Below, piece after piece: positions 1-7,217 of a stretch of DNA of 30,291 nt. Numbering within the stretch: the stretch's first letter is position 1; each line of letters starts with the position of its first letter. Source of the DNA: a virus; the IMG/VR virus record IMGVR_UViG_3300030103_000918, positions 1 to 30,291 of that record; one strand, 5' to 3'. Under the pieces are notes generated by a model. It did not search any database. It was not told the origin of the DNA and saw only the letters and a program-made list of their open reading frames with translations. Position numbers and translations under genes: made by a program.

Positions 1-99
1 AACAGAAGCACAATAATTCGTGAAATGTTGGATATGATGGTGCAGGTAAAAGATAATCAAGGTAATGATGTATGGCAATCTAATGAATACAGAATGGTA
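1..99. repeat. Left copy of a 99-bp perfect direct repeat at the window ends (identical to 30193..30291)
   Basis: Reading both ends base by base, aacagaagcacaataattcgtgaaatgttgg...acagaatggta occurs at 1..99 and again at 30193..30291. Confidence 0.95.
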
Positions 100-264
100 A
101 AAGCAATTATATCAAAAGCAATTGAAAAACAAGATGTAGCTGCATTTAATTCTATTATGGATAATGTATATGGCAAATTAAAAGACACAGTAGATATGCA
201 CACCACGGAACAAGTTAATCACGATTTTAGAAAACTAATTGCAGGAATTAAAGCTACACAATAA
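1..264 (+). CDS. 3' portion of a terminase small subunit-like gene. The true start is ATG 30115, across the circular junction.
   Basis: Frame 1 is open from base 1 (NRSTIIREMLDMM...) and is continuous with the ORF starting at 30115. The stop is TAA at 262-264. The gene lies immediately upstream of terL and overlaps it. Confidence 0.6.
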   Translation, partial: NRSTIIREMLDMMVQVKDNQGNDVWQSNEYRMVKAIISKAIEKQDVAAFNSIMDNVYGKLKDTVDMHTTEQVNHDFRKLIAGIKATQ

Positions 265-1444
265 GTATTTGGTATTTAATGAATCTAAAGCACGTTATTT
301 TATAATCACAGGCGGTAGAGGTTCAGGCAAATCATTTGCAATAAATACTATACTGCTGCTGTTAACATATCAAGCAGGACACACTATACTGTTTACACGT
401 TTTACATTACGTTCTGCATCAATATCAATCATACCAGAATTTATAGAAAAGATTGAAATGCTTAACAAGCTAAATGATTTTACAATTACCAAAGATGAGA
501 TCATTAATAAGGGCAATGGCAGCAAGATAATATTCAGAGGTATAAAAACCTCATCAGGAGACCAAACAGCAAATCTTAAATCATTGCAAGGTATTACAAC
601 GTGGGTGATGGATGAAGCAGAAGAATTAGTTGATGAAGATACATTTGACAAGATAGATTTAAGTGTACGTAACAAAGCACAAGAGAATAGAATTATACTA
701 ATACTTAATCCAACAACAAAAGAACATTTTATATATCAAAGATGGTATGAATCACGTGGTGTACAAGCGGGAAGTAACATTACAAAAGATGACACCACTT
801 ACATACATACAACTTATTTAGACAACAAAGATAATTTAAGCACAAGCTACATACAGCAAATTGAAAGTATGAAGCAAAGAAGACCAGAAAGATTCAAGCA
901 TACTATACAGGGTGCTTGGTTAGATAAAGCAGAGGGGGTAATATATTCTAATTGGTCAATAGGTGAATTTAAGTATATTAATAAAGTTGTTTATGGACAA
1001 GATTATGGATTTAGTAACGACCCTAGCACATTGGTGAAAACAAGCATAGATAAAGAAAATAAAATTATTTATGTTAAGCTGTGTTTTTATCAGGCTAAAT
1101 TAACTACAAGTGAATTAGCAAACTTAAATGTAAAGTATGCAGGCAATGATTTAATTGTGGGTGATAGTGCAGAACCTAGATTAATAAATGAGTTAAGTAG
1201 ACATTGTAATATAGTACCAGCTATCAAAGGGCAGGGAAGTGTAACATATGGCATTAGTATGATACAAGATTATGATTTAGTAATAGATAGTGATAGTACT
1301 GATCTAATCAAAGAATTAAACAACTATGTATGGTTAGAACGTAAAAGCCAAACACCCGTAGACAATTACAATCACGCATTAGATGCGTTGAGGTATGCAG
1401 TTAGTTATCAATTACAAAGTGGTGGAGAATACTACATTTATTAA
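239..1444 (+). CDS. terL: Terminase large subunit, PBSX / Terminase_3-type
   Basis: Walker A motif ITGGRGSGKSFA. Walker B-like VMDEAEE. C-terminal RNaseH-like nuclease motifs GQDYGFSNDPSTLV and NHALDALRYAV. There is no in-frame ATG before the Walker A motif, so the start is TTG 239 or TTG 269. Confidence 0.93.
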   Translation: MQELKLHNKYLVFNESKARYFIITGGRGSGKSFAINTILLLLTYQAGHTILFTRFTLRSASISIIPEFIEKIEMLNKLNDFTITKDEIINKGNGSKIIFRGIKTSSGDQTANLKSLQGITTWVMDEAEELVDEDTFDKIDLSVRNKAQENRIILILNPTTKEHFIYQRWYESRGVQAGSNITKDDTTYIHTTYLDNKDNLSTSYIQQIESMKQRRPERFKHTIQGAWLDKAEGVIYSNWSIGEFKYINKVVYGQDYGFSNDPSTLVKTSIDKENKIIYVKLCFYQAKLTTSELANLNVKYAGNDLIVGDSAEPRLINELSRHCNIVPAIKGQGSVTYGISMIQDYDLVIDSDSTDLIKELNNYVWLERKSQTPVDNYNHALDALRYAVSYQLQSGGEYYIY

Positions 1445-1500
1445 GCATTGCTTAAGCATTACTAAAGCATTAAGATAAGATAAGAAGAGATAAGAAAAGA
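1441..1500. repeat. Iterated AAGCATT / TAAGA repeat array directly after the terL stop
   Basis: AAGCATT occurs at 1443, 1454 and 1465, an exact 11-bp phasing. It is followed by TAAGA-TAAGA-TAAGAAGAGA-TAAGAAAAGA at 1471..1500. Confidence 0.8.
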
Positions 1501-1514
1501 AATATAAAATTTGT

Positions 1515-1544
1515 ACATAACACTTTACACTTTTTTCTACATTA
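1515..1544 (+). promoter_or_regulatory. Conserved 30-nt motif, copy 1 (candidate phage late promoter or operator) upstream of gene 1552
   Basis: ACATAACACTT-N14-CATTA matches 11677..11706 at 25 of 30 positions, with identical spacing and a shared TTTTTCT core. Confidence 0.5.
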
Positions 1545-1551
1545 TATATAT

Positions 1552-2205
1552 ATGAAAGTTACAATTAACATACCTGAATCATTAAGTGAAATAACACTAG
1601 CACAATACCAGAAGTGGTTAAAGATTAGTGATAACAATGAAGATAATAATTTTTTAAAGCAGAAGATGATTGAAATATTCTGCAACATACCTTTGAAGCA
1701 AGTATTAAATATCAAAGCAAATGATATTGATGCTATTGTAGAAGATATTAATAAACTGTTTTTATTAGAACCTAAATTCAAAGATAGATTTCAATACAAT
1801 GGTGTTGAGTTTGGTTTTATACCTAAGCTGGATGAAATGAGCTTTGGTGAATACATTGATCTTGATACATATTTACCAGAATGGCAAACAATGCACAAAG
1901 CTATTAACGTTTTATATAGGCCAATTAAATACAGTAGAAAAGAAAAATATTTAATAGAAGATTATGAGAGCGCATATAAATATGATATGAAACAAGTAAA
2001 ACTTGACATTGTATTTGGATCACTTGTTTTTTTTTGGAATTTAAAGAAAGAATTATTGAACTGTATACTGAGCTATTTACAAAATCAAACACCAGACAAA
2101 TTGCAACGGCAGAAACTGGATTTAATGAAAAGTGGTCTTGGTATCAGTCAATCTATGGATTGGCGAAAGGTGATGTCAGGCGGTTTGATGAAGTTACAAA
2201 ATTAA
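1552..2205 (+). CDS. Putative tail assembly chaperone-like protein, zero-frame product
   Basis: ATG at 1552. The ORF contains the T9 slippery run at 2027..2035. The segment GFIPKLDEMSFGEYIDLDTYL...LYRPIK resembles chaperone-type proteins from memory. The assignment rests mainly on the frameshift architecture. Confidence 0.5.
   Translation: MKVTINIPESLSEITLAQYQKWLKISDNNEDNNFLKQKMIEIFCNIPLKQVLNIKANDIDAIVEDINKLFLLEPKFKDRFQYNGVEFGFIPKLDEMSFGEYIDLDTYLPEWQTMHKAINVLYRPIKYSRKEKYLIEDYESAYKYDMKQVKLDIVFGSLVFFWNLKKELLNCILSYLQNQTPDKLQRQKLDLMKSGLGISQSMDWRKVMSGGLMKLQN
2027..2035 (+). other. T9 homopolymer, a candidate -1 programmed ribosomal frameshift site (T TTT TTT)
   Basis: The zero frame reads GTT TTT TTT TGG. 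The -1 frame is open from 2007 and continues to 2285. Confidence 0.5.
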
Positions 2206-2285
2206 AGCTACATACTTGTTTACAGTATTTAGCATTTGAAAAAGATAAAGCTGATCTACAAAATCAGTTGTTAAATAAAAAATGA
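2034..2285 (+). CDS. -1 frame extension of the 1552 gene. The predicted fusion 1552..2034/2034..2285 is about 244 aa.
   Basis: There is no ATG start, only TTG inside the T-run. Its TGA overlaps the ATG of the next gene (ATGA at 2282). The translation EFKERIIELYTELF...GFNEKWSWYQSIYGLAKGDVRRFDEVTKL looks protein-like. Confidence 0.5.
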   Translation: MEFKERIIELYTELFTKSNTRQIATAETGFNEKWSWYQSIYGLAKGDVRRFDEVTKLKLHTCLQYLAFEKDKADLQNQLLNKK

Positions 2286-2548
2286 AAAGGGAGCAAATAT
2301 TAGAAAAGCTAATGGAACAAGAACTAGTTGATAAACACGAATATGTAATTCTTGCAGATGGTTTTGAAGATGCTTTTCTTGGTGTGACAACAAATAAACC
2401 AATTAGAGCAGTTTACAATTATTGGAAGTGTTTACAATTATTAATGTTAGATGATGATGCAGATTTTGATGAATCAATAGATTGGTTAGATGAATTCATT
2501 GAAGAAGATTTAGGCAAACACGCACCATTATATATAAAATCAATATGA
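2282..2548 (+). CDS. Hypothetical acidic 88-aa protein
   Basis: ATGA overlaps at both ends indicate translational coupling. I recognised no family. Confidence 0.7.
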   Translation: MKREQILEKLMEQELVDKHEYVILADGFEDAFLGVTTNKPIRAVYNYWKCLQLLMLDDDADFDESIDWLDEFIEEDLGKHAPLYIKSI

Positions 2549-3000
2549 AAAGTTTTTACAAAGTTATAGATACAATTAGAGACGCAGTCAAAGCAGAGCC
2601 ATTTAATCACGAGGTAACTTTTGGTGATATTGCAGATGTAGATTTAAAAAAGCAGAGTTTATATCCATTATGTCACATTACAGTAAATAGTGCAACAATA
2701 CAAGATAATAATGTAGTGCATAATATGACAATATTTTTGATGGATGTTGTAGATGTTAGTAATGAGCAAACACGTGATTATTTTCTGGGTAATGACAACA
2801 GGCAAGATATATTAAACACACAACTAGCACTAGCAACAAGAGTAATGCGAGTATTACAAAAGAGTGATACATATAGAAACGGGTTTGAATTAATTAATGC
2901 TGCAAATTGTGAACCGTTTACAGAACGTTTTGACAATATGCTGGCAGGCTGGGCAGTTACGTTTGACATAGGTACAACAACTGAAATGACATATTGCTAA
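2545..3000 (+). CDS. Hypothetical virion protein, possibly neck or tail-completion (by position only)
   Basis: 151 aa, coupled to both neighbours, inside the structural block. Confidence 0.6.
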   Translation: MKSFYKVIDTIRDAVKAEPFNHEVTFGDIADVDLKKQSLYPLCHITVNSATIQDNNVVHNMTIFLMDVVDVSNEQTRDYFLGNDNRQDILNTQLALATRVMRVLQKSDTYRNGFELINAANCEPFTERFDNMLAGWAVTFDIGTTTEMTYC

Positions 3001-3494
3001 TGAGCGAGTTTAGAAAGGCACTGGATAAATATGCAAAGTATGTGATACAACAATCACGTTCTAATCTTACACGCAAAGGAAACAAAGCAAGTGGTAAGTT
3101 AAGCCAATCTTTAGGTTATAAAATACAAGGTAGTAAGGTAAAGTTTGAAAGTTTACAATATGGTGTTTATCAAGATAGAGGTGTAAGAGGTGCAGAAAGT
3201 TACTATGCAGATGAAGCAACTTCAGGCAGTCCATTTAAGTACAAACATCATCCATCATCTGATGGACCATTTGCAAAATCATTAAGTAAATGGATTAAGC
3301 AAAAAGGCATTAGGGGTAGAGATAAAAAGGGAAGATTTATAACTAATCAATCACTGAGCTATTTAATAGCTAGAAGCATATACAAAAAAGGAATTAGAGC
3401 TACAATGTTTTTTACCAAACCATTTGAACGTGGTTTAGATTTATTTGGTGATGAAATAGTAGCGGGATACATAGAAGATAATTTTAAGATATGA
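3000..3494 (+). CDS. Possible HK97 gp10-like neck/tail-completion protein
   Basis: ATG 3000 overlaps the upstream TAA (TAATG) and is preferred to TTG 2994. ASGKLSQSLGYK resembles the GxLxxSI signature of gp10-type proteins. This is a weak match. Confidence 0.45.
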   Translation: MSEFRKALDKYAKYVIQQSRSNLTRKGNKASGKLSQSLGYKIQGSKVKFESLQYGVYQDRGVRGAESYYADEATSGSPFKYKHHPSSDGPFAKSLSKWIKQKGIRGRDKKGRFITNQSLSYLIARSIYKKGIRATMFFTKPFERGLDLFGDEIVAGYIEDNFKI

Positions 3495-4654
3495 GTACAA
3501 TAATAAGAACACGATCACCATTTTTCATTAGAACACCACAAGTAACAGGTTCAACCAATATAGCTAACCTTAGTCATTTTCAAATTAACATTTCAATATT
3601 TGAAGGTGTAAGTGGAACTGTAAGTATGTGTAGCGATTTAGCTGCTTCTTTTACATTAAATAAAAAACCACTACCAAATGAAACAAGCGTATCATTTGAA
3701 ATTAGTGAAATTGTAAACGATCATTTAATTCAAACATTTGATGGTTCGTATAATAGCTCAAGACTTACACAATCAGCCTGGGTTAATGTAGTTACAAGTG
3801 CAAGAAAATCAGATGGAACTATAATAGGTTCAAGTACGTCAACAACTTATTTAGCACAGGAAGGGTTTAACAAATTCAAAGAAGGTGCAAACTATACAAC
3901 CGAACCAATATTAATGATTAGCAATAATTATTTCGAATATCACAAAGGAAGTAACATTCGATTACCATTAAATAAAGAAAGAGTTAGTGGTATTGTTTAC
4001 AAATTAAATGGTTCAAGTGTTGGCTCACAAAGTTTTACTGATAGTGGACACTCAAATCAAAAGATTGCTTATGGAAATGTAACAACAACAACACAGCAAT
4101 ATGATGAAGTAGTAGTGACTTTCGACAGTTCTAATACTATATCTTACACACTTAAAGAAGTACAAGAATGCAAATATCCAGTACATAAAATAACTTTCTT
4201 AAATAGATGGGGAGCGTTACAAGATTTATTTTTTCATAAAAAATCAGTTGAAACATTGGAAACAAGAAACGAAAAATTCAATAGAAGTATATTTAAAGCT
4301 AGAAACGTATCTAAATCATTAGAGGAGCCAGAGGAGCCGGGGGGAGACCCAATATGTGTTGAAACAGTTACATTTAATAGTTACAGCACCACAGCACACG
4401 CCAAGAAAGTACACAATGCAAATGGCACAGAATCAATCACATTAAACACGGGTTTTGTAGATGAGCGAATGAATGTATATTTTGAAGAATTGATGGTTAG
4501 TGAACATATGTGGCTTACAGACGATCAGAATGTAATTTACCCCGTATGTATTACAGATAGTAACTTCACACGAAAAACAGGTTTAAATGATCGTATGATA
4601 AACTATACAATGAATTTTGAAAAGGCATTTGATTTTGTAAATAATATTAGATAA
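3491..4654 (+). CDS. Virion structural protein (tail or baseplate, family not recognised)
   Basis: 387 aa. ATGA overlaps upstream and TAATG overlaps downstream. The protein is Ser/Thr/Asn-rich and appears beta-rich. Confidence 0.7.
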   Translation: MSTIIRTRSPFFIRTPQVTGSTNIANLSHFQINISIFEGVSGTVSMCSDLAASFTLNKKPLPNETSVSFEISEIVNDHLIQTFDGSYNSSRLTQSAWVNVVTSARKSDGTIIGSSTSTTYLAQEGFNKFKEGANYTTEPILMISNNYFEYHKGSNIRLPLNKERVSGIVYKLNGSSVGSQSFTDSGHSNQKIAYGNVTTTTQQYDEVVVTFDSSNTISYTLKEVQECKYPVHKITFLNRWGALQDLFFHKKSVETLETRNEKFNRSIFKARNVSKSLEEPEEPGGDPICVETVTFNSYSTTAHAKKVHNANGTESITLNTGFVDERMNVYFEELMVSEHMWLTDDQNVIYPVCITDSNFTRKTGLNDRMINYTMNFEKAFDFVNNIR

Positions 4655-7053
4655 TGCAACAAATAATATTATACATACAACCACAATTACGGTTCACAAC
4701 AACTGCACAAGATTTTGAACGTGTTGACTTGATGGAGGAGGATTTAATTTCTTTAACACAGGTCATTCAAGACGTAAAAAGCATAGATAAGGTTTTTACT
4801 GATTTTAGTCAAACATTTAATTTACCTGCAAGCAAAACAAATAACAAGCTATTTAAGTATTGGTACAATCCAGATATAGAAGGATTTGACAATCAAATAA
4901 TGGCAAACGCTAGAATAGAATTAAATCACTTTGCATTTAAAGAAGGTAAAATAAGATTACAAAGTGTTACTATGCGTAATAATGTACCATCATTATATAA
5001 AGTAACATTTTTTGGTAATACAGTTACATTAAACGATTTAATATCTGAGGACAAATTAAATCAATTAGAATGGGTTAACAACTTTAATCACGCCAACAAT
5101 AATACAAATGTTAAATCAGGTTTAGAAAGTGGTTTAAATTTTACAGTAGATTCTGTTTCATATCCTGATGCTATTATATATCCGTTAATTGCACATAGTC
5201 AACAATATGTGTATGATAGTGTTGGAACTACTTTATTAACCGGAACTGCAACCTCACAATTAGCTTCAAAACTTGTTGATGATTTACAAAATTTTACTAA
5301 TGTAGTATCAATTGGAGATGTTGTTTTAAACACTACAGATAGCACTGTTTCAACTGTTTTTCGTATTGACAGCAATACACAGCTTACTTTGGCTGATAAT
5401 ATAATGGCAACAGGTGAAAATTATACAATAATAAAAGCAAATGGATTAAATATTTATGCATCTGGTCAAAATCTTGGGAAGCGAGGTGTCTTCCCTGAGG
5501 ATTTAAAGCCCGCTATTTTAGTAAAACATATTATAAAGGCAATAGAAGAAAAGTACTTGCTAAACTTTAAAACAGGTGAATTTTTTAATTCTACTGCTAT
5601 GAATAATTTATATATGTGGTTACATAGAAGGAAGGGCAAAATGGCGTTAGCTGGAACTTGGATAGGTAACTCAGATTCTTACACCTGTTCGGGTTCAGAT
5701 TGTGCTGTATTTACACAAACAACTAGCATTGCAAGATTTACATTATCAAATGGAATTATAAGGTATGTTTATACCCCAATTGATGACACCTTATCTCAAG
5801 AGTTAACTATTGATTTTCAAGTTACACCCAATAGCGGTTTTACTACTGTTCCATATACTATTGAATTATTAAACGCTTCGGAATGGTCATCATTAGCTAA
5901 AAAAACAAACCAAACAGGAACCAATACAGTTTCATTTACTTTTGTAGCTAATGAGTTTTTTACTGGTGAAATTGTCGGAAGGGTTACAACTGAAACAGCT
6001 TTTGAGTTTCAGGCTGAATATGATTTAGATTTTACTACTATTGTTGATAATGGTTCTACAACTACCACAAATAATTTTACCGCAACATTTACTTCTACTG
6101 CATCTAATTTATCACCTCAGACAACGGAGGTAGTTATCACAGATCAAATGCCAGATATTAAAATATTAGATTTTCTGAATGGAATGTTTAAAATGTTTAA
6201 TCTAACTGCATTTGTAAATTTTGATGGTGAGATAGTAGTTCAAAAACTTGATGATTTTTTTGCAGGTGGTGATACACTAGATATTACAGAATTCATAAAC
6301 ACAAACACACACACAGTAAATAATACAATACCATTCAAAGAAGTAGATTTAGAATATGCAGAACCCAAAAGCATATTAGCACAAACATTTCTAAACACAA
6401 ACAATAGAAAATATGGTGAGGTTGAATATAAATCTGATTTTAAGGATGGTGATGCATATAAAGTAACAGCACCATTTGAACATATGTTATACAGTAGATT
6501 AAATGATTTAACTGCATTAACTAATACTGACATTCAAACTGGTTGTTTTTTGGATGAAGAGCTTAACCCTGGTATTGGGCAACCGTTATTGTTTTATGGC
6601 ATTCAAAGAAGTGGTATTAGTACACCAATTAATTTTATATATAATACAAGACCTGAAACATATGGAGCTCTTGCTGATAGTGCTGCTTCAGGTAGCGACA
6701 TATTTTCATTAACAAATTACTATATGCCACACCACGCAAATGAATTAGGAAGTGTAACAACTGCACCAAGCATTAATTTAAACTTTGGTAGTGAAATAGA
6801 CACATACAACTTAACTGATTATGGTGGTAATAATAATAGTTTATTTCAATTAAATTATGAAGATTACATTACAGATGTATTCAGTAAAAAAGCAAGATTG
6901 TATAAATTCAGCGCAGTATTACCATTGAAGATATTATTACAATTAACACTAGATGATAAAATAATAATAGGCACAAGATTATATAAAATTAATTCAATGA
7001 CTACTAAACTACAAAGTGGTGAAACAGAATTTGAATTATTAAATGACGTATGA
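4654..7053 (+). CDS. Large tail or baseplate structural protein (Tal/hub-like by size and position)
   Basis: 799 aa and Thr/Asn-rich, located just upstream of the tape measure gene. I cannot name a family. Confidence 0.7.
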   Translation: MQQIILYIQPQLRFTTTAQDFERVDLMEEDLISLTQVIQDVKSIDKVFTDFSQTFNLPASKTNNKLFKYWYNPDIEGFDNQIMANARIELNHFAFKEGKIRLQSVTMRNNVPSLYKVTFFGNTVTLNDLISEDKLNQLEWVNNFNHANNNTNVKSGLESGLNFTVDSVSYPDAIIYPLIAHSQQYVYDSVGTTLLTGTATSQLASKLVDDLQNFTNVVSIGDVVLNTTDSTVSTVFRIDSNTQLTLADNIMATGENYTIIKANGLNIYASGQNLGKRGVFPEDLKPAILVKHIIKAIEEKYLLNFKTGEFFNSTAMNNLYMWLHRRKGKMALAGTWIGNSDSYTCSGSDCAVFTQTTSIARFTLSNGIIRYVYTPIDDTLSQELTIDFQVTPNSGFTTVPYTIELLNASEWSSLAKKTNQTGTNTVSFTFVANEFFTGEIVGRVTTETAFEFQAEYDLDFTTIVDNGSTTTTNNFTATFTSTASNLSPQTTEVVITDQMPDIKILDFLNGMFKMFNLTAFVNFDGEIVVQKLDDFFAGGDTLDITEFINTNTHTVNNTIPFKEVDLEYAEPKSILAQTFLNTNNRKYGEVEYKSDFKDGDAYKVTAPFEHMLYSRLNDLTALTNTDIQTGCFLDEELNPGIGQPLLFYGIQRSGISTPINFIYNTRPETYGALADSAASGSDIFSLTNYYMPHHANELGSVTTAPSINLNFGSEIDTYNLTDYGGNNNSLFQLNYEDYITDVFSKKARLYKFSAVLPLKILLQLTLDDKIIIGTRLYKINSMTTKLQSGETEFELLNDV

Positions 7054-7217
7054 AAATAATATTAGAAGCATTAGAATTTTGTAAAGACAACAAGCTATAT
7101 GATAAACACATAAATATAGCATTAGGTATTAACAAGGTGCCAATGAGCATTAGGGAAGGATTATATCAAATTAAAATACATAATAAAAGAATTGAAAAAT
7201 GGAACAAAGGGAAGTAA
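7050..7217 (+). CDS. Small 55-aa ORF bridging the 799-aa gene and the tape measure
   Basis: ATG 7050 overlaps the upstream TGA (ATGA). The ORF ends at TAA 7215-7217, overlapping the tape measure start by 19 nt. It fills an otherwise non-coding 145-bp gap. Confidence 0.4.
   Translation: MKIILEALEFCKDNKLYDKHINIALGINKVPMSIREGLYQIKIHNKRIEKWNKGK

Noticed and set aside
2034-2285. The ORF at 2034 as an independent TTG-initiated gene
   Set aside because: The TTG lies inside the T9 run with 170 nt of overlap to the upstream ORF. Frameshift fusion or a homopolymer miscall explains it better (see findings).
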